A stretch of 64,000 nt of DNA from Vitrella brassicaformis CCMP3155 (lineage: Eukaryota > Protista > Chromerida): the NCBI GenBank assembly GCA_001179505.1, contig CDMY01000086.1:131520-195519 (forward strand), given 5' to 3'. Positions 36,701 to 48,600 of the stretch are shown here, in pieces. The first letter of the stretch is position 1. Every line of letters starts with the position of its first letter. The notes under the pieces are model-generated. The model was not told the origin of the DNA. It did not search any database and saw nothing but the letters and a program-made list of their open reading frames with translations. A program made the position numbers and the translations under genes.

Positions 36701-38368
36701 CACTGACCGATGGGCTGATAAGAACGTCAGACAACACACATGGTAAGAACTTGATGCGTTGTTGTCTTGTTGGTCGCTCGCTTACCCTCTCGGCGCAGTA
36801 CTGTTCGAGCAGCTTCTTCACGCCGATTTCCTCTGTGTCGTCGGGCAGCGTCAGTGCGATACTCAGAAACTTCTCGAAATTGCGGGATACTGACCGACCG
36901 ACCGACAGATGAGTACAAGCACATGTCCATGTACGGTTGGCTTGGTCCACTCACCGTGTGGGCAGTGGGTGCACTGCATGATGCTCATGATCTGGCCCGC
37001 GACCGTGTCGAATATGAGTGAGTCCCCTCTCGCTGGACGCCAGAAAACGCACAGACAGGACACAGACAGACAGATGGCATGAATCGACGGCGCCGATGAA
37101 ACGGTTCGTCTCCTGAAGGCATATGGAAGAAAGAAAGAAACCGTCTAAGGTGTGCCGTATTGACACTCCACGCGCCCGAGGAAGTCCCCTGCATCCTCCT
37201 GCTAACGAGACAGACGACGCAGATCAATCGATCAATCAGAAGGCTAACTGCCTACCCACCTACCTGCAAGTTCTGGTATTGCCACTCACCCCCTTGCCTT
37301 CGAAGTCCCCGCTGCCTTCGAAGTCCCTCAACCTGTCTGCAAATTGACAATTGCAAGTTGAGCTCAGTGTGTACCTTTCCTTCGAAGATATATCTCGACG
37401 AATAAAAAAAGAAGGCAGCGATTTTGTGATCTCCGCTCAGAGAGAGAGAGAGAGAGAGATTCCAGGCAGGCAGGCAGATCGACCAATCAATCAACAAGAC
37501 GCGCTGCTTGCGTGCCTTATTTACTTACGTGCAGGTCTCCGTGCACCAGTCGTTCACGCTGCAACTTCTGCAGTGCGTCCAGAACATCACGAGCGATGCG
37601 AGCCATCTGTCCTGGGCTAGCGGCACCACAGTCGAGGTCCTTGAGCATCACTGCACGCCACACAGACCAGCCACACGCAAAGACAGATCAACCAAACCAA
37701 CATAGCGGGTGTGTGGGTGCCGTGGCTTGCTTAGTTACTGGGGATCCATTCCGTTTTGAATGCCCTTATTCTCTCCCCTGCCGCCCCTTTGAGGAGGTGG
37801 TACACGTCCTCGATGGCGATGACGTGCGGGAAGCCCTTCCTGGCCCGCTCGCACCGCGCCCGCCACTCGTCATTGCCCGTCCACATGAACCCGTCCACCT
37901 AAGCACACACAACACAGCACAACACAACACAATACAATACAATGCAATACTCACGCTCACATGAAATAGAGCAGAGCACGCATCGATGCGTGTGTTCGTT
38001 CGTTCATGCGCTCACTCACGCACGCCATACCACCACTTACCTCTTTGGCGCAGTCGTGGTTGTCGTTGAGTATCTTGATGCCCCGCCGGTCGCGCATGGC
38101 GACGACTACGCCAAAGCGGCCGCATCGCTGCCGCTCGCGGTGCTCGACCGTCAAGCCGTGGTTCTTCTCAAGGCAATGCTGCATTAATTGCATCATCACA
38201 CACACAAATTGGCAACATAGGAACACGTGTCAATTGGCACACGTCACAATCAAGCCAGCATGTCTGCCATGCCGTGCTCCTCACCAGTGCGATAGCGACT
38301 CTGCGGTTGCGCTTGGCCGTCTGCTCAGAGCCACCTCCCTCGCCCTGCAGGAATTGCAGTCGGTCCAT
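33726..38368 (-). CDS. Chimeric gene: N-terminal partial protein kinase (subdomains I-VIb) joined to a USP (peptidase C19) domain lacking the Cys box, plus a long C-terminal extension; 3' part below ~35000 uncertain
   Basis: Kinase: QRCGRFGVVVAMRDRRGIKIL, AKE, FPHVIAIEDVYHL, FKTEWIP and IARDVLDALQKLQRERLVHGDLH. USP: QQEDAGDFL, IFDTVAGQIMSIMQCTHC, FLSIAL, CPTC..RLPEVLILTLNCF, YELYAVTSQEGTLDEGHYTAYA, WVDFND and AYILFYK. Confidence 0.7.
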
Positions 38369-38526
38369 CAACCGACAAGCGCCGAAAGCGGCCGTGAGGA
38401 GCTATCGGTCATCATGACCCGGGTCCGAAGTTGTCACCGCGGTACTGATAGCCTGCGCACGTAAGTTGCCGACAGCACAGCAGGCTGTCTGGTGTTCGAA
38501 TACTGAACTGACTGCTCTTGCATCAT

Positions 38527-39213
38527 CTATATTCGCCCACCCTGTTGCTGCACTGGAGCCGGGTGTTGATGGCCTGGCACTGATGCCGGGTGTGGATATA
38601 TGCCTGCATTCACGCACGACACGGGCACAACCAGCCTTCTCGCACCAATGCGGCCATCCTGCCCGCTGTCTTGTCGCCTGCTCACCCATGCCTGGTGGCA
38701 TACCCATGCCTGTTGACATTCCGATGTGTGGGCACACATCAGCCGCAGGACAGAAGCGCGTCGCTTTGTGCGCATCCATCAGTGAGTGCTTGGCCTCACC
38801 TGGGTACACAGGTTGAGGGGCATAATGTGTCCTGAGCCCGAGCCTAAGCCGACAACGACACACACACAGGAATTCGTTGCAGGAGGCTGGAAGGGAGGAA
38901 ATACATACGTGCCACCAGGAACCCGACCCGATTCCATGTACCGTGTTGATAGTGATGGCGCGGAGGCTGTCCACCTTCCATGAGTGTCACCGACCTTCCT
39001 CTTCACTCTCAGCCACACCAAAATGGGACAGGGACCTTCTGCGTATTTGACGCCTTCAGCTCGGCCAGCATTTCCTGACACGCAGACCAACCGTATGTGG
39101 GAGGAGTATTATCTGTCGTTCACCTACCTTAAGCTTGGCAATCTGCTCCGTCAGCTGTTTGGTCTGTTCTTCGATCATTTCCACCTTCTTGGGCTCTCGG
39201 CACGGGACAGGAC

Positions 39214-39257
<44 letters not shown>

Positions 39258-39750
39258 GAGTCGATGGCCGCCAGCTGAAGGAAGGACAAGTACACACCAG
39301 ATGCATGCGATAAAGGAAGCAGGCAGGCGGGAGCTCGAGGTTCTGTACTCGAGAGCGGAGCCTGTCCGCGATGGCCGTCAGTTTAGCGATCTCTGTGCGG
39401 TTGTTGTTGTTGTTGTTGTTGTTGTGTAGTGTCTGCAGAAGGGCTGTCTTGTCCTCCGAGTTGTCCTCGTCCGCCTACAGGCACCCAAACGCATGCATTC
39501 GCGAGTACGCATAGAAATGAATCCGCATCCCATTCAGGAGCATCACAAATGGCAGGAGCATCACAAATGGCAGTGCCTTGTCGCATGGCATGTGCACGCC
39601 TCACCATTGCGGTGCTGCATAGGGCGTGCGGTCCGTCACATAGAAAGAAAGAAGGTCTGCCGATTCTTCTCCGTTTTTATTTTTGAAAATATGGAGAATT
39701 TTCGTCTCCGTCTCTTTCTCGACATCATTTCCCTTTGCGGGTGGGAAAGG
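38527..39750 (-). CDS. Hypothetical coiled-coil protein with poly-Asn and poly-Ser tracts (may be upstream exons of the kinase-USP gene)
   Basis: Exon-like segments with GT-AG borders: [44 protein letters not shown]...[18 protein letters not shown]|[10 protein letters not shown] and GMGMPPGMG. Confidence 0.45.
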
Positions 39751-39808
39751 ATGGCAAAGGATTGTGGGGAGCGATTCGTGCGATCCGCTCACCTCTAAGC
39801 TCGCACAA

Positions 39809-40651
39809 ATGGCGGCCGTCAAAAGGAAACTTGAGGAGCAGATCTCGTCATTATCCCGACGTCTACCGCTTCGTGCGATGAGCAGCACCAGTGGCGTGTC
39901 GCCCTTTCACCACGCCGTGCCTGTTCATGATCTCGGAGCTGCGAGGGTGTTCTACGGCGACTTGCTGGGCTGCAGCGAAGGCAGAACCTCCCCAGGCAAA
40001 TGGATTGACTACAACCTGTGAGCAATGCCGCAACAACACAGACGGGCCCTGTTGATTTCTACGAATCTCCGTCAGGTATGGCAGTCAGCTTGTTTGCCAT
40101 TTTGTTGGTGAGAGCTACAGAGCGCCTGAATATGTCAACCCCGTCGGTATGCCCACCTGCACTGAAGTTGTTAGTGTCGCACACACACACTTGTGGTCGA
40201 TTGATGCGCAAAGATGGCGATGAGGTGCCCGTCCCGCATTTCGGGTGTGCGCTGAGTGTCGATGAGTTCCATACTCTCGCGGCCAGGCTCAAAGAGAAGG
40301 GTGTCCGGTTCGTCATTGAACCACACCGGAGGTTCCAAGGGCAGCCAGGTGTGTGGCGCAGCCGATGGAGAGGAGAGGGCAGATGCCATACTGCCTCTAT
40401 GTATGTCATTGTGTGTGGGTTGGCGCAAGGTGACCAGTGGACCATGTTCTTCAAAGACCCATCAAACAACGCGCTGGAATTCAAAGCCATGGTACCTGGA
40501 TGGGTGCGTGGGTGGGAGGGATTGGTGGGGAGGCGAGTGTCATCTATCGTTGAGTGCTATGACTGCTCTGTCTGTCTCTGTGGGCGACGTTCAGGTGCAT
40601 CCTGAGAATCTGTTTGCTAAGTACAATGTGGACGATTTCGCTGACAAGTGA
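39809..40651 (+). CDS. VOC/glyoxalase/bleomycin-resistance family protein (COG3565-like), multi-exon
   Basis: [95 protein letters not shown]. The ~25-aa basic N-terminal extension may be a targeting peptide. Confidence 0.88.
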
Positions 40652-40970
40652 AAATGCATAATCGTAGCGTGGTGTACAAGGGACGAGGGGCACGGACATG
40701 GTAGAGCCGCTGCGAGCTCGCCCGCGTTTTCTGAGGGTGAAGTTAACTGTCTGGAGTTAACGGTGAAGTTAACGAACTGTACGCTGTACGCTGTAGACCA
40801 ACATACCGAAGCACTCCTTGCTTGGTTCCATTCCCTTCTGGCTGCACCCGCTCTTCCTTTCCTTCCCTTCCTTCTCCTCTCATCTGCGGGCTACGCTTTG
40901 CCAGCTTACACCCCCTACACGACTCTCGCACGAGCGCCTCCTCCCTCTGCCGTCCGCCAGGCCATCAGCC

Positions 40971-41333
40971 ATGAAGACCTTGTGGCTCCTCGCTCTGGGC
41001 GTGCTTGCCTTGGCTGCCGCGCACCAAGCCGGCGGCGTGACGTCTGCGGATGACGCTCAAGTGGCTGACGCTGTGAGCGCTGAGGGTGGCCTGCGTGGGC
41101 TGACATACTAAACCACTGAGCATCATGGGAGTGACGCCGTGAGCGAGCAGAGGCGGTGTTTTAACCAACACGGCTGCAGCAGTGGCGAATATTGCCACTA
41201 CGAAAACATGTGGGACGTGTCGGGCACATGTAAGCACTGACCACAGACACACACAGTCGATCGACGCCAGGCCGTGTGCCTCATTCAATGTGTCCGTCCA
41301 TGTGTGTCGCTTTCAGGCAAGAGCAAGTGCTAG
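40971..41333 (+). CDS. Small secreted Cys-rich peptide precursor (predicted 3 exons: 40971-41072, 41151-41229, 41317-41333; 65 aa)
   Basis: Signal peptide MKTLWLLALGVLALAAA, acidic spacer, then RR and CFNQHGCSSGEYCHYENMWDVSGT-CKSKC*. Introns gtgagc..gagcag and gtaagc..tttcag are both phase-compatible. Confidence 0.6.
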
Positions 41334-43152
41334 CCACTAGGCGTCCAATTCAGACAGACACTGCAAGTTGTGTGCCGCTGTTTGTTGATGTATGTGCATT
41401 CACACAGCTGCCTTGTGTGGCTTGTCGTTGCGTTGTGTGGCTTTACTGACAATCAGTGTGATCATCTGACGGTCCTCTGCTGTGTATTGGTTCATTGTAT
41501 TTTCACCAAGAGAGAGAGAGGGGAGGGAGAAGCTGTGGTGTCCACACTCTTACACACATGGTGTAATCAGCTTTTTTTCTCACGATGCCGAAACGACTTT
41601 CTTCTGGCGCATTCGTTTCTGTCTGCCAAGTGCACACACACGGCACACATGTACTCTTCTATGTTCGTTCTGTGGCACTCCCTTGCGGCAATCGGTCCAG
41701 TCGGTCAGGCGGCTGTGTGCGTGTTGCGTTGTGTTTCGGTGTTTGCATGTGCCGCCGAAAAGGGGCGCGCTGCAATCCAAACCGATCTCGTACGACGTAC
41801 GTGCAGCTAGGCTGGCCAGGGAATGGGGGGGGTGGGGGGGCAATCAATCCGTGCACTGTGTCAGCGAGCGATCCATCCATCATCAGTCGATTGCTGCATG
41901 CGATGGATCTATGGGTGGGGCGGGTGGGGGGGTGGCTCGGTCTATATGTCTTATATATTCTGGGGTACGTGTGCACCGGGACGGATAGATGGGATCACAT
42001 TGGGGGGGTCGGGTGGGCTGAGACACCGAGGGACAATGCGGACATGAGAGACAGCACATAATATGAATGCCTTCACATCATGCCTTTGTGCGATGTGGCC
42101 ATTGGTCGTTTGGATCTCCTCACTCATGCTACACACACATGAACCACGATGAAATTCTCTCACACACGCCATGTGTGCACTGACACGTCCAACAGCCATT
42201 GTCTCCAATCGACCTAGGACACTGACTTTGTTGCTGACAGTCGCATAGCATACGGGAAAGGAGTGAATTCCCATCGATCCCCACACTCAGAAGCGCATCT
42301 CTCTACCCTGTCTCCGGCTTTGTATGCCTCTCTCCATCTGCATGCAAGATCCACACAGATGGACACCTCCCTCTCGCGAAGACACGAACTAACAGAGACA
42401 GCGAGGGCGTGCACCTCGAGGCTTCTCGCCCACCCCACATGTGTGTCCTACATACAGATGTCGTCTCCCGATGGATAAGAAGTGACAGACATCCGGAAAA
42501 ACTGCCGGCAGGATGATGAAATCATCAATCAAGAGACACGGACACAACACGTACACACGTCATGAGTAGGTAAGCAGCACAAGGAAGGGATGAGTGAGAA
42601 TACGGCAGGCAGGCAGGCATGTAGCCAGGCAACCAGGTTCCCACGTGATCGATTTATCGAAGACGGTCGACGCGCAGCTTCCGTCGGTCCGGCTCTCCAA
42701 AATCTCTGTCTCCATCCCATCCGCCCCCACAGAGAGACACATCTCACAGGGCGCCGGGATGCATTTGTCAATGTCCGGGAAGACAGATAGGAGCTGCATG
42801 CATCCCACACGCACGGCACGGAGGCGTTTGTTTCATTAGTTTTTTGTGATGCTTGCCGTGTCTTTCGCACTGTCTGCGGCGCAGGCCTCAGAGCAAAATG
42901 GAATGCAATGTCGTCAAGTGATATCGATGGCCCATAGTGATGTATGTCATCGCTTCTTGAGTCGCGCATGTATTCACGCATGGAATGAAGGCAGTGGAGC
43001 AGCAGGTCTGCGTCATCATCCATCCATCCATCCGTCTAACTCACACGCACCGCACCTATCGATTCCCTCGTCGGCATACATGCCGTTCAACTCAGTCAAC
43101 CGGTCCTTCCCTCTAAGTGTCCATCCATCCGTCCATCCATCCATCCATCCGT

Positions 43153-44691
43153 CTACTTCTGTGCCAGCGCTGATCTCGTGAATCGTCGGCTCTTGGCTGC
43201 CCGCCTGGCGGCAGCACTCGTCAGCTGCAGCGGGTCACCCTCCGCCCCCTGTGGCTCGTGGCGTGACACAATAGGCCCCCACTCCATCTCAGCCTTCTTC
43301 CACTGGTCGATCCATCTGAATGCCACAGTACCACCCTTGGCCACGGTGGGCGGCACACTGGCGCTGGCTGCACGGAGCCGCAGGGGCAGGGGGGGAGGGG
43401 GCGGGGGGGCGTACAGCTGCTGCAGCGGAGGGGTCGGCGCACTACTACCCGCCCGCTGCTGGAAGGTCGTCTGCGCCGGGCCTGGGAAGGGCGGCTGCTC
43501 GCCTTGGGTGTCGTCGCGTTGGTTGTCACTATCCGTGACGATGGTGGTGATGGTGGGCTTGGCAGGAGGGGGTGGCTCGCCCCTGCCACGGCGGCGTGAA
43601 GGGTCCCCGAGAGCGCCGAAGAACTCGGGTGGGACGATGGTGCGGAGCCGCTTGGGAGGGGGCGGGGCGTTGCCATTGTTGGCTGTGAGGGCCGCACGGG
43701 GGTCGTGGTGAAGGCTGACGTGCTCCTGAATGGAGGCAGGCAGCAGTGAGTCGACACCAACATATAAGTGTGTTGCTCATTCCTTCGATCGATCATGTCG
43801 TTCGCCATTTGCTGGCTTACCACTCGTTTGTCGTGTATCTGTTTCTTGATGGCAGCGAAGAGGGGCGTGGTCATCTCGTCGGGCAGATCCATATCCGTTA
43901 CCAGGGACGCCACATGCAGCTGGGGACACGCAGTCACCACAGAAGAGAAAACACACACAGGGGAGGAGGAGTGAACCGCGCCCAACCATCGCTGTGTGTG
44001 CGGTGTGGGTGTAGGATGGGCATCGTGTGCTCTCACCCGCACGGCGTTGTCATCGTTGCACAGGTTCCATCGGAATCGGTCCTCAACGCTCAAATTCTGA
44101 ACAAACACACGGACGCACCGTTGCGACCGCCACATGCGTGCAATCATTCCAGCTCAGCTGAATGCCCATCCCCTCCCCCGCACCGACCTTTTCGGGTAGC
44201 GGGACTTCGACCTCAATCTTGACGACCGGCCCATCGAGGGGGTAGCTTCCCGGCGGCAGCTCCTTGCGCCACACGGCGTCGATGAGGGCCCAGAAGCGGT
44301 CATTCATTGCCCGTGCGTCGGTCACCCGCTGTGTGAAGGTCTGCTTGAGCCTCTGCCGCATGCCCTCGTGCAGCCCATGCTCGCGGCAGAAGCTCTCGAT
44401 GAAGGGCGCCACCAGGTGGTCGGTGTCGCCACCAGCACCCCCCACATCCCACAGTATCGACTCCTCGATGATCTCCCCAGACGGGCTCCGGGCAATGATC
44501 GGCAGCGGCACCAGACACGATGACGACCGCCGCTTCTTGTTGTTGCTGGTCTCACCGCCGCTGGCTGGCGTGGGTGGTTGGTGTTTGTCGGCGATGTCAA
44601 GCAGCTGATGCAGGGGAGGGCCGTGCGGCGGCGGTGACCGCAGCAACCCTGGGAGCAGAAGTGGTTGCATTCCACCGACTGGTTGCATCAC
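43153..44691 (-). CDS. SNF5: SNF5/SMARCB1/INI1-like SWI/SNF subunit; may have further 3' exons to ~42250
   Basis: Repeat 1: LVPLPIIARSPSGEIIEESILWDV..FIESFCREHGLHEGMRQRLKQTF. Repeat 2: VVKIEVEV..SVEDRFRWNLCND..VASLVTDMDLPDEMTTPLFAAIKKQI. Confidence 0.72.
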
Positions 44692-45323
44692 TGACTGACT
44701 GATGATCTCAAGAGAAGCGGAAGCAGCGGCAAGGGATGATGAGCTGACGTCGAGTAGTTCAGGTGAGGAGCCTCCACTTCCCTTTCGCTCGATAAATCAG
44801 CACACCAGGACACACGAGATCTTGACGCCTGGAGATCTCGCCCGTCGGGAGAAACAGGCGTTCCGTTCGGCGCCTTCCACACCATAAGACACTTTCCCGC
44901 CCTAAGCTTCCGAGTTGGTCGCCGATGGGAAGCACACACACAGACAGCGCGGCGCTGCTGCTTCCTGTGCTCTGACTAAGGGTGAAGGCTCTCAAGCGAG
45001 TTTCGGCCGAGTACAACGCAACAAGTCGACTCCCACCAACGCTTCACGGTGGGCAGGAATGCATCGCACGAAGGACCACATCACGTCCACGTGCAGGTGG
45101 TTGTATCATGCCAGGGTGCAACGTTTCAATGGATCCTTCCCTGCATTTCAGTGCCCGAGTGTCATATATCGGAATGGGTGAGTGATTAATTCGTCGCCAG
45201 CTGCTCGGCTCATTCTGCAGCGGTAAGTAAGTGCTCAGCGAAGGAAGGTACATCCGGGCATTCTATATGCACGCATCTCTTTCGCTGGTCTGCAGGCGTT
45301 GGCGACGCGAGTTTAGCTCTGCA

Positions 45324-45613
45324 ATGCAATCCAACCCACCGTCTGCCAGCTCGTCGGTGCCACCCCCTCGCCCTCCCCCTCCCCCTCCCCCTCCCCTAGC
45401 GCTCCCCAACAACCCCCGCCCTGCGACGCGGCCCTTAGCGCTCCACCGGTCGGTGTATGTGTGGGAGGATGAGTGCGACGAGATGGTGCAGCCGGCATCG
45501 CACACACAGCCAGTGCCGCCACAGCTACAGTACAGACCGCCCCGACCTCACCGCTCTGCAGAGGCCCACGGGGAACGACGCGATCTAGATGAACTCATGA
45601 GAAGGTGCGCCTA

Positions 45614-45654
<41 letters not shown>

Positions 45655-48600
45655 CACACACACACACACACACACGTACATCCAAGGCAACACAACACAT
45701 GGATGGATGGATGATGGATGCCTTCCGTGTTTTGTTGTTCCTTTGGCAGTTTGGACGAGCTGGACGGCGGCCAGCCTTTCGGTGCGCCTGCAGCCCCCCT
45801 GCCGTTCATGAGTGAGCAGATGATGACGGTGAAGTTGGAGGCCTCAGCTGGCGTGACCAGCCCCCCCTACTCCCAATGGCTGCTCCCGCGAATCGACGAG
45901 GAGCCGCCACACCTGCCGCCACACCTGCCATTCCACCCACATCAGCACGCGGCTGCAAACGGCGGAGCGCAGCTTGAACCCCCACATGAGCAGCCTGCCG
46001 CTGCAGCCGCTGCTGGGAGTGACATGGTGGTGGATGGGCCACTGGAGGGCCAGAAGCAGCACCCGGCCGCATCTCGCGACACTCTCATCCTCAAGTCGGC
46101 TGGCTGTTTCGAAGTCAAGAGGTCGGTGACTGCACAGCCACAGCCGTCCAGCGCAGACGACGGGTCGCGCAGTGCAGCGGATAAGGCGGGTCCGGGTGAT
46201 GGGGGAGATAGCGGGGCAGTGGGGGAGGTGGCGAGGTTTGTGGATGCGGCCGGCCGTTCGGTGGACCCAGGCATCGAGGACGTGTACGTGCCTCTGGTGC
46301 CCATGACCTCCCCAGCAGACGACAGCCATGCCAACACCGACCGTGGGGAGCGGCGTGAGGCGAGCGGGCACTACCTGTTCTGCAAGGAGTATCAGCAGGG
46401 GTGTGAGGGCTGCCCGGGATGCTACCTAGCACCCGGAGTGGGCGTAGGCGTGGGTGTGGATGTGGGAGCCGCCCACCCCCCCTACTGTCCATACCCATCA
46501 GTCAATAGCGAGAAGTCCCTCCCGTTGCTCAACCCACTGGTGGCACATCGGCTGTGGGCAGGGCCGGGGGGCGAGGGCGACGTCAGCTCATCCGACGAAG
46601 GCCGCAAGGACTCAGACATGCCGCCCCCCAGCCTCCTGCACGTGTGCCGCAACTTCCAGCAGCCCCCTCCACTCGCACACCCACATGGGCATGCCCCCCG
46701 GAAGCACAAGGCCCGTTCCAAGAGCGGCAAGCCGAAGGTCAAGCGCGAGATGGAGCTGGAGGACCCCGTAGAGATCAGTGGCGATCTGATCGAGGCCAAG
46801 GCGCGTCATGCAGCAGAAATGGCCCGGCGGCTGCAGGCGAGAGAGCACGACGAGAGTGCCCTTCTGATGGGTGCTGTCAAGGAGGAGGCAGTAGAGGGGG
46901 CGATGGGTGATAAGGGCAGGGCTGGGCAGCGCACACGGCGCAAGAGTAAGAGGGCAGTGGCCGAGGGGGACGAGTGGGCGGTGGAGGGAGGAGGACCAAA
47001 CGCCATACAGCAGGTCAGCGATCACCCACAGGCAAACGAAAGGAAACACAGCCAGATGGATGCACATGTGTGTATGTGTGTTTGTGTGTGTTTGTCGCCT
47101 GTTCAGATGTATCATTCCCTGGGTCTGCACCGCAGCGAGACCACCGACACCTCTGCAGACCCTCTAGCCGACCACCATCAGCAGCAGGTGATAGCCTACG
47201 GCCGTCCCCCCCAGCCCCATGACCCCGCCGGCTGGCTGGCCGAGGGGGGCTGGGACGGCGGACCAGGGCTGGCCTACGGCCGAAACCGTTGGGGACTGGG
47301 AAAGGCCAGCAACAGTCTGTGTGGCGTGGGTGGGGGGGGCAAGGATCCCTTCCGCACGGACAGTGAGGGTGCATTGGTGCAGAAGAAGCCGAAGAAGCCG
47401 CGGGCCAAGATGAGCAGGGACGCATCGGGCATGAGATTCCAACTCGGTGGGTGATTGTTGCAAGGGGAAAGAAAGGCTCCTGCTGGAGGGTCGTGGGTAG
47501 GGGGGGTGCGATGGGTGTCTGGTGTCTGGTGTGTTGTGTTGGCACCAGGTGAGGCTGGTAGGAACGAGCTCAAGAGGAGGATTAGCCAGAAACTCAAGGA
47601 GGAACCCCACTGGAAGGCTATCATGTGAGCTGAGCGTATTACATGGCCGCACTGCAGCCATGACACACAGACAAAAGGACAATACTCATCCCGCTCTGTC
47701 TATGCCCGTGCGTGTGTGCGTGTTCAGTCCGACGGGTCAGATCAAGTTGGCGACCATCACCAAACTGCTAGAAATGGCTGAGGTGGGGAGGGATGGACCA
47801 CACACAAAGAAAACCACACTCAGACAGACAGACAGACAGATGCTTTGCGTTGCGGTGCATGGCTGCATTCATTCTTCATGCATATATCTACTCATCCACT
47901 CATCCCCCCCTGCATACTGATCAGACGTTGGGTTTGACTGGTGAGGTGCATCGCATCTACTCGCGGCGCTGCAGGGAGACACAAGGACCCCCGCAGCCAC
48001 CCAAGCCGCGCAGGCAAGGACTCCAACCACACGCACCGCCCAGACAGACGCACGGCCCTCACCGGCCACTTCTGTCTGATGGATGACACACGCACATTTG
48101 CTCTGCAGGTCCAGTAGGGACCGTGTGAAGTCCCCGTTGCTGCCGAGCAGCCAGGCGGCCCTGCATCCCCTGCACCCCCTGGTGTCGCTCCTCCAGTGTG
48201 ACGACAACATATCCGATGACACCTCACAGCCGTCCATCGCCACCACCCTCCCCAAGCGACGCAAATTCGACATTACCGAGTGCATGGCCGCTGACATGGG
48301 CGATGAGATGGACGAACTGCAGCAGCCCATGGGTGGGGGGAAGGAGACGGCCGGGGCGGCACACAGCCAATTCCACTCCGCCAGCAAGGTGAGACTCATC
48401 AACGGGGGGGGAGGCGCTGATTGATTGATGGACTGACTGATGCACTGTTTGGTGTAGGATGAGGAGGATCCATATGGTGCGTACTACGCTGCCGGTGCCG
48501 CTGCAGCGGCTGCCGCATGTGGGGTGGCGCCGCCCCCCATGCCCCAGCCCATCCACCCCGACCCACGGCCGCTGATCTTCATCCCTCGGCGCAAGGACGT

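Noticed and set aside
37320-37345. RLRDFEGSG as the kinase DFG motif
   Set aside because: That frame is not the one joining in phase to the QEDAGDFL exon, no catalytic Asn or APE follows, and it arises from a short direct repeat. It cannot be fully excluded without transcripts.
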